Source of the DNA: Prorocentrum cordatum
Lineage: Eukaryota
NCBI GenBank assembly: GCA_963575745.1
Contig: CAUYUJ010000133.1
Location: forward strand, 62,001-117,782
Length of the DNA: 55,782 nucleotides
Direction of reading: 5' to 3'
Part shown: positions 24,141 to 36,597 of the stretch, piece by piece
Position numbering within the stretch: position 1 is the first letter of the stretch
Layout of the letters: every line of letters begins with the position of its first letter
The notes under the pieces: generated by a model
What the model saw: only the letters and a program-made list of their open reading frames with translations
Databases searched by the model: none
Told to the model about the DNA's origin: nothing
Translations under genes and position numbers: made by a program

Positions 24141-27100
24141 CCCTCCTCACTGACATCCGAGAACGAGACGTTGCCGGCGGTTTGTCGAAGCCAAAGGCAG
24201 CGGCAAGCGAGCGCGCACCCGCCCACTAACGCTATCCTTCGGCAGCTCGGCGCATCCTGAGGCGGCCAGCTCCCAGACAACATTGAAGATTCCAAAGAGG
24301 GGCCGCCTGTACTCCACCGCTTGTGCGCAACGGCCCAAGAAGATCCCCAGGGCCGGTCGCGCGCCAGGAGCCTCAGGGCGAGGCCATACAGCGGCGCGTT
24401 CCTCACTCGGTTGTTTGCCGCCCAGCCTGCAGCTCCATCGACCTCCACGCGCATGCGAGTGACGAGGACCAGCCGCTGGCTAGCCTCGTCGACGCCGATG
24501 GGGATGCATTTCATCGCGTAGCATTTCCTCATCCGTTCCTGGAGGCGGCCTGGGGTGACGACCAGAGGTAGCGCGGCCCCCCCGTCGAGCACCTCCCCAG
24601 TGTCGAAACCGCCATCACAGGCACCCCACCAGGCGCAGACGCCGTTGCTCGCGAAGGGGCCCGCCACCGCCTCAGGAACAAGGCGGCCCCTTCTCCACTC
24701 ACAGCCTCGGAAAAACGGGCACCCTGCATGCCCGGCCCTTGGTCAGCACCGCCATCGCAAGCCATGCCTTCCATGCGTTAATCCCAATGATAACCACGGC
24801 CCGGCGCGCGCGCCGCCATGTAGTCCAGCCAAGGCCCAGGGAACCTGCACATGAGAAAGGCATCCTTCTGGTCGCCCCCGCTCCCGAGCAGCAGCTCGTT
24901 GGGCTGCGGCGACGTGCTGGCCCAAGTAGGCGAGGCGACTAGGGTAGCCGAATCGCCGACCAGCGGGCACAGGTAAGCGCGAGTGGGCACCATGCACGAA
25001 ATCAACCTCGCCACCCTCGCAACCCCTGGGCCTGGACTGCCATTCCTAATGACTTCGAGGAGCCCGCGGGTCAAACGCCTGCACTGAGCTTGGAGAAAAC
25101 GCTCAGCGCCACTGCTCTTCACAGACCCAGCTCCATCAGCTTCGCGGCAATGAACCGCCAGTCCTTGAGGCGCTCGACATTGACCTTCACCCTCTGAGGA
25201 GTAGTCGGCCACTCTGCCTCGGGCAGCACGGGGAGCCCTGGCTTAGTCAACAGCACTCTCAGGTCGGCTCCGACATACACGAGGACATCCAAGCAGCCAA
25301 TATCCTCCACCTTGGATAGACCCGGCTCCGGCTCCTTGAAGTTGAGCAGCGAAGCTTGGCAGTCCCCAGGTTGCAGCTGGCCCTGCTCTTCGTCCTCTCC
25401 TGCGGCCAATAAGGCATCTCGACCTCCTCCCGCGAGCTCCAGACGCGCCTCTCGACCGTCTCACCGATCATACGCAGGCTAGCGGGCTGGGCCTGCGAGC
25501 AGGCCCCTGCAGCCCCCCCGCAGTCCACGCCCAGGTGGCCGAGATAGAGGTTGCCGAGACCCGCCATGTTGCAGAAAATCCAAACCTGGATCCTCATGTC
25601 CTGGGCCTCCAGTCTCTGGAAATCTGTCCTCGACGCCCAATCGACAGGGAGGGCCCTCGCCACTCAGTATACCCTTCGCGATCATATTACGTCCCCAGGC
25701 TAATGAAGGTGCCGGCTCCCTCACTGGCAGTGATAGCACGTCTCGTCCCACACCAGCCTCCAGCGATTGTGGCGCGTCGCCTCTGGGGAACAGCCCCACT
25801 AAACCTCCACTCGTGCTCGGGGACTTTCTCGCGTGAGCGAGGGCCCCGAAGCCGATCTCCATCTTCGCCATCCTGCCGCTGCGGGTTCGGCGCAGGCGGG
25901 AAGCGGCGCCAGCCCACCTCTGGCCCCTCCCAGGCGGGGCCTGTACATCGCCGACAGCCGCCGCCCCTCCGCTCAGTCCGCCGGTCGGTCGATCCGCTGC
26001 GCGGGGCCGCCGTGTCGAGGCGCGCTCTTCAGGCCAGCGAGACCCTCGAAGAACTCTCGCACGACCCTCTCCTTCAGCTGATTCGTCGGCCCCCCCTCGG
26101 CCCGAGGCGCGACCGCTCGATCCGATGTCCACGCTGGCAGGGTCAAACCGTCCATCGCTAGGGGGCCCTGGCAGTCTGTCAGCGCGGGCAGGACACCCCC
26201 CCGGCTGCCCGACGGGCAGCCGGCCGGCGTCCTGCAGGGAGTCGCTGCCCAGGCCGCTCTCGAAGCGCCGCCGCATCAGCTGGCGTGCCGACATCCGTGG
26301 TCGGCAAGGCTCTGGGGCCGCGCCATCGCCGCGCCTCTGTCGCCCAGGACGGGCAGGCGAGCCCGCGCCTCCATCCCGGTAGACGTCGTAGCCGCGAGAC
26401 CCCATGCGGCCCAGCAGCTGAGCCATCTTCATTTCCGCCGCCGCTATGCCCATGACCACCTCCTCGCCCACAAACGACACGCTGAGGCCGCCGCTGTCGG
26501 GAGGGGTCAACTCGAACAAATTCGCCGTCCTCAAGCGACCAGCACGGATCGACCTCTGCACATCCCCGCTCTTGCAACCGATGTAGTCCAAGGAGGGCAT
26601 GGGTTGACCTTTGACGATGAGGAAGGCCCACCCACACAGCTTCCGCAGCACCCTGTACCTGCCCTTGCCGAGCACCCTGATCGCACGAGAAGGCCGCAAG
26701 ACACGCAACAGGAATTTCTTGGCCACCGCTCGCGCATGTCCAGGATCCCCGTCCTCGTCGATGTCAAAATACTGAACCATACTCGCCACCTCCTTCTCGG
26801 CGAGGAGGCAGGGACTCTTCCGCGTGATCCTCTTGTAGGTGAGGCGGCGAGCAGCGATGGGCGTCGCTCTCGAGGGGGTCCACGCTGTCCTTCTTGCGAC
26901 AACAGCCCGCCGACACGCGCAAGACCGCCCCCTCGCCTGAGGAGGCAGCAGCAGGTCCAGCTGACCCACAACCCTCCGCAACCTGACTCGGATCTGCACT
27001 CGCGAGACGACACTGAATCAGTTCGCCCTGCTGCAGTTTCTTCCTGCCAGCAGCCTTGTTGGCCGGCTCAACGGCGGCGCTGGCGGCCGCGGCCCCAAGG

Positions 27101-28466
27101 GCTCCGCGCCTCCAGCATGCCAAGGCGCGGATGGAAGCCGTCCTTTGCCCCCGGGTCGCACGTCTCGGCCCTGCCCTCCAGCGCCTGCAACTCACGCTCC
27201 AGCTCCTCGAAAGCCTCGCCAACGTCCTCGCCGTCCGCTCCAACCTTCACGACAGCGAACTCTCCACTGGTCGCCAAGGGCCGACTGCGCGGAGCAGGCA
27301 GGGGGAATCCTTCTCCCACAGCAGACTTGTCCGCCGCAGGCGCAACAGCCTGAGCGAGAGTAGCTCGAGCCACAGCGCGTAGGGTGCCAGAGTCGCTTTC
27401 CGGCGACATCTCCATGTGGTAGTCGGCCGGCTGCGATGTCATCAACATGCGCGGGTCTGCCGCGCGCAATACCTGCATGTCGGGCCACGGTGCTCCGGGC
27501 CATCGCCCAACCACCAAGCTAGATATTTTTCGACTGCTCCGAGGTACTCGTCTCCATTCGCTGTACCTTCATCATGTCCGACAGCTGTCCCCGCAGGACC
27601 TCGAAGATCGGGCCGTCCGACCCGACGGGGTGGGCCACCTGATGTCGGAAGCACTGCCCCACAAGGGGGGCCAGTTGGACGGCGGCAGCTGTGAACATGG
27701 CGAGCCAAAGGCTTGGGGGCGACGCCGTTCCGTGGATGCTCAAAACCTCCCCCCAGGCCCTTCGCCGTGCGGGCGAAACGAAGCAACAGCAAACGCCGCT
27801 TGAGCCGCACACCTACGGAACCGAACGGCGGCGCTCCCAAGGGACCCCAACATCACCCCAACTCCTGAGGGTTGTATTTCATCCCCCATATATCCCAATA
27901 GTTTCTGGATGTTCGTCTTCCCTCTCACTGCCCATATCTTCCCATTCCCATATTTTCCTGGGAGTCGACGATTCATTGTGTCGGTATGTTTTCCCCTCCT
28001 GAGGGGAACAGAATGAGGGAAGAAGGAGCTTTTCCAGCCTCGGCGCGCTTCGGCCACGCATGGGCCCCCCGTCCTCCACCTAAATGACGACCGAAAACCA
28101 AGAGCCCCACCCGAGCCCGGAGTTGCCCTCGTTTCGCTCAGCCTCCTGGCTGCACACGGCACTTGAGGAATATCGTCGTGGGCTGCGCCCGAGGCGCTTA
28201 AGCTGCCAGCCGTACGAGCAGAGCGCCCATGCACCACACCATGCGCGGCCTGCTTCCAGGCCCCGCTCCAAACAGAGGCCTCCTGGATGGGGTCCGAGTA
28301 GATGGGGTCGGAAGATCGCGCGCCGAAGGCGTCGTCGACGAAGGAAGAATGGAAGAGCAAGGCTGTGGAGGAAGAGGAAGAGGAGGAGACCCGCGTCAGT
28401 TCGGATAGGGCACTGAACTGCGTCGCTGCGCTGGCGCGGTGGCGGGGCTTGCCGTAAGCAGCTGCA

Positions 28467-28519
28467 TACAGAACGCGGCCGACCGGCAGCCTGAATGCGT
28501 TCAGCCTCTCGAAAGAGTC
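28467..28519 (-). CDS. Exon 2a of the glycosyltransferase gene (DSFERLNAFRLPVGRVL[Y])
   Basis: Follows a CAG acceptor and matches the GT8 segment 'F.KL..F.L....RVLYLD'. Interrupted by the 21-kb insertion. Confidence 0.8.
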
Positions 28520-28728
28520 CTGTCGGGGAGACGTAAGACTCGGGTACGGGGGAGTCGGGTTGGCCCGGCGGGGCCATCATCAATGACGAGACCCTATATA
28601 AAAATTTGACGCGAACTCCCGCTGCAAACATCCCACGAAAACTGGACCGCCAAAATCCAAGACGCGCTCGTCAAAAAACGTCGGCAAACCCGAGTTCTGG
28701 CTCGCTCGAGTCTTACATTTCCCCGATC
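28520..28728 (-). mobile_element. Intron 1 (GA-AG, 209 nt), Introner/MITE-like element
   Basis: Terminal inverted repeats TCGGGGAAATGTAAGACTCGAG / TCGGGGAGACGTAAGACTCGGG (19/22 identical) flanked by a CAGGA direct repeat that supplies both splice sites. Removal gives in-frame RHQ|DSFERLNAFRLP. Confidence 0.8.
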
Positions 28729-29214
28729 CTGATGGCGCACCATGAACTCGTCGTCAATGCAGGACTCGCCGCAGCTGTTGAAGGAATATGCCGGAGCCCT
28801 CCAGTCTGCGACGAGGACAACGTGCCAACCAGCCTCCTTCAGCGCCGCCTGGTTGTCGTCGGTCATCCCCTTGATCCCCAGAGCAATCCTGAGGTGGTCC
28901 GGCATGTGGCGCGTCAGCGAGACACCGAGCATCACAGCCATGTCGATGAACTCCTGATTGTTCTTACCAGCGTGGGTGACAATGGCTGTTGTGTCCTCAC
29001 TCACCTGCAAGTCATGAAGGGTCAACATCTGGGACCTGTTCCCCTCCAGCCACCAGGACAGCCATTTTGCCGCTTCCGGGGCGCGGGGCATATGCACTTC
29101 CGCAGCTGCTTTCGCGAACGAATCGGCCCCAAGTTTGATCGCGCGGCACCACGGAAGCACGCAGAAGCTCAGCAAGGCCACAGCCACTGGCAACATGGTA
29201 CGGTGCCGGGCCAT
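28729..29214 (-). CDS. Exon 1 of a multi-domain glycosyltransferase gene (signal peptide + N-terminal part of GT8 domain)
   Basis: ATG at 29214; MARHRTMLPVAVALLSFCVLPWCRA is signal-peptide-like. AIVT...FIDMAVMLGVSL...LKEAGWHVV resembles the glycogenin/GT8 N-terminus. Ends CAG|GA (GA donor) and joins the next exon in frame. Confidence 0.8.
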
Positions 29215-29299
29215 ATGAAAAAGCATGAAACTCGAAGGTAGTGGAATGCCTTCGTGGAATGTACCCACCTTGGGCCTCCAGCAGAGAAAGTGCGGGTCG

Positions 29300-29567
29300 C
29301 GATGATGATGATAATAATGATGAGAAAAGCACGGCTACTACTAAACAAATCGTAATAATGAGCAGAAGCTAGATAATGTTGATCGTAGTAGTAGTGTTAA
29401 GAATAACAATGTTAATATAGCAATAAACATGATAATGATAGTTGTACTAAAAATACACATAATAGTAACACTGGTAACACAGAATGAAAACAAAAACCAT
29501 ACGAACAATGATTATGATGGTGACACTGATGATGTTGTTGATAGTAATGCTGATACTAATGATGATA

Positions 29568-29611
<44 letters not shown>

Positions 29612-29670
29612 GAGGCTGATGGAGATGAGGATAGGAATGTTGTTTGAAGATGGCAATGATGGTAATGACA
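29300..29670. repeat. Degenerate (GAT)n/(AAT)n microsatellite
   Basis: Directly visible. Confidence 0.9.
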
Positions 29671-30069
29671 CGGAGAGGCCCACCCGAGAAAACAGCTGCA
29701 CAGGACTGTTGTCACCGTGAAGGCGCTGCGCCATTTTTGGCATGGTGGCCTAGCGAGGCAGCATCGCGACTGGCGCCAAGGGGTCGGCCAACTGTCCTCG
29801 GACGTCGAAAACGCAAGAACAATCACAAAACAATCAACATAATCCTTTCGAAGTTTCCCCGCGGCAATGGAGGCTCGTATCGGGGCCCAAAGATTCAGAG
29901 GGAGAAGAGAAGTGTGAAATTCGAATCAGAAAGTGAGACTTCGTTATCGCTATCAGAGCCCCGACTGCAGCGGCAAAATAAGAAAAACTTGCCAGAAGGC
30001 GCTCTGCGGCAGCCGGGCCGCATCATAGCAACTGCTTACCTGCTGCTGATGTGTTTGTAAAACTGTCCC

Positions 30070-30281
30070 TTCCTCCCCGCCACCCTCCTGGACTCCCCCT
30101 CATCCTCGCCCTTCCCAATCCATCCTTCTACTGCTGCTCATCATCCTCCGTCCCCACCTTTATCATGATCCTCCGCGATCTCCACTCTATCCTCTTCCTT
30201 CTCCTCCTCCTCCTCCTCCTCCTCCTCGTCCTCCTCCCCTCCTCCTCCTCCTCCTCCTCCTCCTCCTCCTCCTCCTCCTCC

Positions 30282-30325
<44 letters not shown>

Positions 30326-31225
30326 GGTGTCGTCGTCAACATCATCATCACCATCAACATCACCATCATCAGTATCAGCATCATCAGCAGCATCATCAGC
30401 ATCATCATCAACATCATCATCAGCAGCAGCATCGTCATCCTACTCCCCCCCCCCACCCCGCAATCATCCTGTCTTCTTCCCACTACTTCGTCTGATCCGC
30501 ATTACTGGTTCACGCATCTCCTCCTATTTATCCTCCTCCTCCTGCTTACCTCTCCCTCCATCTCCCTCCTTTTCCTCCTTCTCCTCCTCCTCCTCATCAT
30601 CATCAGCATCATCAGCCGAATCAGAATCGCCATCGTCCTCGTCCTCGTCCTCTTTCTCCCCATCAGCATCATTATCAGCAGCAACATCATCACCATCATA
30701 GTCATCATCAGCATCATCAGACTCATCATGCTCGTCGTTGTCGTCGTCACCATCATCATCAGCATCAGCTTCAGCATCATCATTAGCATTGTCGTCGTTG
30801 TCGTCGTCGTCGCCCACATCGTCACCATCCTCAGCATCATCCTAATCATCAGCATCATAATCAGCCTCATCATCATCATCGTCACCATCATCATCCTCAC
30901 CAACAAGATCACCGACACAATCAGCAGCATCATATTAATCATAATCATCATCAGCATCATCATCATCATCACATCATCACCATCATACTCATCATCAGCA
31001 TCATCAGCAGCACCAGCATCATCAGCACCATCCCGCCAGCCCATTCAAAAACATTGCCCACCAGATCTTCCCCGAGGGGAAGAGGGTTCATATCGTCAGT
31101 CCACCTTCTAGCATCATCGGTACCAACAGCATGAGCATGCGCATCAGCACCAGCATCATCACCATCATCATCAGCAGCATCATCACCCTTAGCAGCAGCA
31201 TCACCATCACCATCGTCAACAACAA
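30070..31225. repeat. Compound (CCT)n/(CAT)n microsatellite
   Basis: Directly visible. Confidence 0.95.
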
Positions 31226-32213
31226 TGTGTGTAAGACTGCTCTGTCTTACCTTCTCGCGTGCAATTCAATGAGTCTGCCCCGAACACTCGACATCCGTCC
31301 TCTTCGTCCTCGATCATACCCCCCTTGCGGGGTACATTGTCTTTACCTGCCACGTGTAATTTGCGCACCCCCCAAGGAAGGGGAAGGAAGGAAGGGAAGG
31401 AGACGGGGGGAGAGAGAGAGGGATGGAGCACGACAGAGATTCGCAGGAGGGGGGAAGGAGCAGAATATCCAGTGGCAGAACCAGACGAGCGGGTCAGGCG
31501 GGGCGAGTCGGGCGGGCGGGTCCAGGCGGCGGGGGCGAGCGGGCGGGTCGCTGAAGCGCCAGTCCTGCATGAATCGCGGGGAAGTCTTGAGCGACAGCGC
31601 GAGTCCCAAGGAAACCACGAGAAACGCCAGAGCGAGAGCGCGATTCCGAAATGCTGAAGGCGCGGCGATCCAAAACATTGCGAAGAGGTCCCGCGCGAGG
31701 GCGCGACTCATGGATACATTGTGAGGAAGTCCTGCGCGAAAACACGATTCTGAATACTCTGCGAAGGGATATCAGATTGGAGCCTCTGTTGTTGTAAACC
31801 AGTGGCCAGGGACACAGTCGGGCACTCAAAACGCTCCCTTGTAAAAAGCCGGGTGCGAGCCACACGAGGGGCATGTTTAAGAGAAATGGGCACCAGGAGG
31901 CGGGGATCAGCAGCCAGTGTTATTTGTTGGCATGAGTGCTCATCAGCAACAAAAACAATAATATTAATTTTAAAGCTGTTCGTCTTTATATGCTCGAGTG
32001 TCCAATAACGCGTATTTCCCAAACCCTCGATACCCGCCCTCTTCGTCTTCGATCGAACCCCTTTTGGGGGGTATACCTTTCTTCCCTGCAGGCCGGGCCC
32101 CGGCAAGCGGCGGGGCGGCCGCGGACCGTCGGCCTGGCCAGCGGCAGCGCTGATCGGCGGGGCGGCCGCGGACCGTCGACCCGACCCCAAGAGGGACGGA
32201 CAGGGGACCGACC

Positions 32214-32246
<33 letters not shown>

Positions 32247-34524
32247 TCGAAGACGACGGCGACGACGACGACGACGGCGACGACGAGCGAAAGCGAGAGC
32301 GAGAGAGAACGACAGCAGGGCCACGAAGGGCACGAAGTAGGCCACGAAGGGCGACAGCGGGGACACGAAGGGAATGCGTATGGGGCCACGAAGAGCGCGA
32401 ACGAGCGGGGGCCACGAAGTGCAGATAATGCGGGGCCCCCAAAGGCAACTATGGGGCCACTGAGGGTAGCAACTGGGCCACGTAGGACAGTGAGGGGGAC
32501 ACAAATCGCGACAGCGGGGCCACGAAGGGCATTCACATGGGGCCACAACGGGCGCGACTCCTGGGTGCCTGGGTGTCGGGAGCGCGGCGCTTGGGCAAAT
32601 TGCAGGAAATCCCAACGCAAGGCCACTCTTCAGTAAGTTGCAAGCAAGTGTCCAGCGAGAGCGCGACTCCAGAGCGCCGGGAGAGCGATTCCTGAATAAA
32701 CTGTAAGGAAGTCCCAGGCGAGAGCGCGATTCCTGAATAAAATGCGAGGAAGTCTCGGGCGGGAGCGGGGGTCCTGGCTAAATTGTAAGGAGCTCTCAGG
32801 CGGGAGACGTTGTTGTTGTAACCCGGGGGCCAGGGGCCCAGTTTGAGCATCAAGACTTTCCCTGTCAAAAAACAAGGTGCGAGCGTCGAGGGGCATACTT
32901 TGACTGATAAAAAACAGTATGCACCAGTGGGGGGGGATCAACAATAATTATTCTTCAGAAAGGAGAATTCAACTACAACAACAACAGCAGCAGCAGCAGC
33001 AACAGCAGCAACAACAACAACAACAACAACAACAACAACCACAACAACAACAACAACAACAATCATTTTACCCGAACGCTCAGTGTTCTCACCAGTGCCA
33101 GGGTTTTCATGCGACGCGAGACAATACCCCCACTTCGTGGGGGGGCAGTTCAAGCTCTACCAAATATCCAAACGACTCTTCGCGACCACCCAAACCCAGC
33201 TTCCCGCCCTATGACGTTGGGACACTTCACTTCGTGGCGTGCGGACGACCGTGGCTACTACACTGGCGTGGGGTACACACCCACAGAACTTGGTCACTTA
33301 TTCGGGGCGCGCGTGTGCCCAGCATCCTGCAATTGTGACATACAATACATGACACAGACAGACAGAGAGAGAGACAGAGAGCAGACAGAGAGAGAGACAG
33401 AGAGAGCGGAGTTGGTCACATTTTTGGGGCAAGTTCCTGAGATCGTCGTGTTTTTTGTTGGTCTTGCGCGCGCGAATGTCCACTTTACTTTTTTTTGCAA
33501 GGGAGTATTGAAATTTGATTATGTTAGAACAAGAAAAAGTAGCTCGCGCGAGCTCATGTAACATAAATGTTGAAAAACCATTGGTTTTGTGGGAGTCGGA
33601 CAGCGCGCGCGGGATGAAATTTGGACATTTGTTTTTGAAAAACCATTGGGTTTTTGATGTTTTTATGTTGAAATCGCTACGAAACCTAAGGTTCTGGAAG
33701 GATTTCGTCTTGCGCGCGCGAATGTCCACTTTACCTTATTTTTTGCAAGGGATTATTGAAATTTGATTATGTTAGAACAAGAAAAAGTAGCTCGCGCGAG
33801 CTCATGTAACATAAATGTTGGAAAACCATTGGTTTTTTTAGGATTCGGACAGCGCGCGCGGGTGGAAATTTTGAAAAGTCGTGCAGGTGTTTTTCGAGGA
33901 CCTACGGTGCGATTCGTGTGATTTTATGATGCGCGGTGCTAAAATTCTTAAAAACCCAATGGTTTTTGGAGATTTCGGCGTGCGCGCGCGAAGAAAAAAC
34001 GAATGTGTCCCGCATGGTATTATTTGACAGGGATGATGGCCCTGGCAGGTGCGCAAACGTTGTCGCAGAAGTTCGAAAAAGTTGCTCGCAAAAGCCCGTT
34101 TGACAGAATTGTTTAAAAAGTGTTGGTTTTCCTACGAATCCGCAAGAGCGCGCGGAAGAACATTTTGACAATTTTTTCTTAAAAAACCATTGGGTTTTTG
34201 ATGTTTTTATGTTAAAATCGCTACGAAACCTAAGGTTTTGGAAGGATTTCGTCTTGCGCGCACGAATGTCCACTTTACCTTATTTTTTGCAAGGGATTCT
34301 TGCAATTTGATCAAGTAAGAACAAGAATTTTCATTTTATAGTGTTTTTTGCAAGGGAAAACGGAGTACAACAAAACAACCGGATCCGGTAATAATTCACT
34401 TTTCTGAAGCTTTCGTTAAAAAATGATGAAAATGTAGCCGCGGCCTAGGTTTTGGAGGGGGGTCGCGCACCAGGGGTCCCAACAATAATTATTCTTTAGA
34501 AGTAATAATGTTCAACAACAACAA

Positions 34525-34559
<35 letters not shown>

Positions 34560-35263
34560 ACAACAACAACAACAACAAAAACAACAACCATAACATCAAC
34601 AACAACAACAACAACAACAACACCAACAACAACAACAACAACAGCACCAACAGCACCAACAGCAGCAGCAACGATAACAATCAGTTTGAAATTGTTCGCT
34701 CGTATCTGCTCGCGTGCCAGTCAGCACGGATATCCAAAACCCTCGATACCCGCCCTGTTCGTCTTCGATCGTACACCATATCATTCTAATCTGCAACGCG
34801 CATTTCCCCCGAAGGCAGGGAAAAGAGGACGGATGGAAAGAAGGGACAAGGGGGAGGGAGGAAGATGTAGCACGAGAGAGAGTCGCAAGAGGGGGATGGG
34901 AGCAGCAAACACAAGGCAGCACACACGGGCGGGTCGGGAAGGCGGGCCCGGGCGGCCAGGTCGAGCAGGCGGGTTGCTCAAGCGTGCGTCCTGCATAAAT
35001 CGCGAGGAAGTCTCGATCGACAGCGCGATTCCTCAACAAATCGCAAGACATCCACAGCAAGAGCGTGATTCCTGAGTGTCGAAGGCGCGGCGTCTGGATA
35101 AACTGTAAAGAAGTACCACGCCACAGCGCGATGCTTGTATACAGTGTGAAGACGTCCCGCGCGAGAGCGCGATGTAGAAATAAATTGTGACGGAACATCA
35201 GGCAGGAACCGCCGTTGTTGCAAACTGGGGGCCCACTATCCACTTTGGTGACACCTCACGCTC

Positions 35264-35316
<53 letters not shown>

Positions 35317-36458
35317 AATGAACTGCGAGCCCTCGAAGAAGCATTTAATTGGAAAAACGCAGTGGTAATGCAATGTTCAGCTGGGCCGGCAGGGGAGATC
35401 AACATAATTGTTCTTTAGAAATGAGAAGCCAAAACAATTTGTTTAAGAATGTTCGCGGTCGCTCGCGTGCCATTCATCACGTATAGTTCAAGCCCTCGAT
35501 ACCAGCCCTCTTCGTCCTCTACCCTCTTAGGGGTATACATTTCTCAACTGCGACGCGTATCTCGTGCAGCCCACAAGTGCCACTGCTGTACGACAGAGTT
35601 TCTGCCGTTTGCAGTTCTATATGTGACGAGGTTGCCCCCTCTTCACTCTTGCGCCGACACGATGTTTCGACATTTGTGTTCGTCCACTTCACGGATGTCT
35701 TCTGGGGGTGCGTGTCGGTCTCGTTCGTTCTGACGTTGCCAGCCGAGCCACTCACAGTGTTCGACCTCTACGTGGTTTCGGTCGCGCCGCCGCGCCATTT
35801 TGGCTGCGCCTGCTTGCTGGTAGTTACCGGAATTTTCGGACGCCACCGGGAATGGGTCTACCTGTTTTTGTTGACCCTTCTGAGCTGCCGCCCAGCTGCT
35901 GCGCCTGTCTTGCTTTCCGCTTTTCGCTGCCTAGTCGTGGCCCGGCTAGAGCTTGGACGCCTTTTGACCCGCTTCACGAGGCCGTTGACCAAAAATATCT
36001 CGTGCAGCCCCGAAGGCAGGGGAAGAAAGGACGGATGGAAGGAAAGGACAAGAGGCAGGCGGGTTGCTCAAGTGTGCTTCCTGCGTGAATCGCGAGGAAG
36101 TCTCGAGCGATAGCGCGATTCCCTAACAAATCGTAAGAAATCCAAAGCGAGAGCGCGATTCCTGAGTGTCGAAGGCGCGGCGTCTGAGTAAATTGTGAAG
36201 AAATACTACGCGACGGCGCGATTCCCGCGTAAACTGTGTGGACGTCCCGCGCGAGAGCGCGATTTAGGAATGAACTGTGAGGAACTATCAGGCGGGAACC
36301 ATTGTTGTTCTAGTTCGTGGCCCAACAGCCCAATTTGGTGACACCTCACGCTCCCATGTAAATAAACAAAATGCGACTCCCAAAGAAACAATTTTTTTAA
36401 TACATAGAATGGTCACCGGAGGGGGGGGAGCACAAAGTATTCCTTCGAAATGAGAATT

Positions 36459-36561
36459 CAACAACAACAACAACAACAACAACTGCAGCAGCAGCAACAA
36501 CAACAGTAACACCAACACCACCAGCAACAACAACAGCAACAGCAGTAACAACAACAACAAT

Positions 36562-36597
<36 letters not shown>

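Larger units (their letters stand above)
20954..27882 (-). mobile_element. Decayed tyrosine-recombinase retrotransposon (DIRS order, Ngaro/PAT-type split direct repeats) carrying a DNA cytosine methyltransferase
   Basis: A1 27795-27882 ... B1 21388-21687, A2 21302-21389, B2 20954-21262. RT remnants (RLISCMVP, GDQKDAF, EVDGAAGW); RNase H remnants (SDVSEEG, HINALEL, NPSDYPSR); YR remnant VGFDTFMQTGELL near 22190-22240. Confidence 0.88.
7503..28466 (+). mobile_element. 20,964-bp composite insertion with Helitron2/Helentron-like termini; no Rep/helicase ORF seen
   Basis: Removing it restores CGC GTT CTG TAT ATG GAT GCA (RVLYMDA). It can be read as starting TC between host A and T. A 12-bp inverted repeat lies at 7504-7515 and 28434-28445 (1 nt and 21 nt from the ends), with a 5' hairpin at 7503-7530 and a 3' hairpin at 28447-28459. 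Confidence 0.7.

Noticed and set aside
25479..26999. 506-aa ORF as a host gene
   Set aside because: It lies between the DIRS terminal repeats and reads as a frameshifted mosaic of the element's gag-region ORF.
28440..28466. Canonical splicing of the 21-kb insert using nearby GC donors and the CAAG acceptor near 7515
   Set aside because: The combinations are out of frame or add about 10 residues right before the DxD motif. Not fully excluded without RNA data.
35794..35805. Partial SL match GCCATTTTGGCT
   Set aside because: Only 12 nt with no downstream gene or element evident; may be chance or a very old relic.
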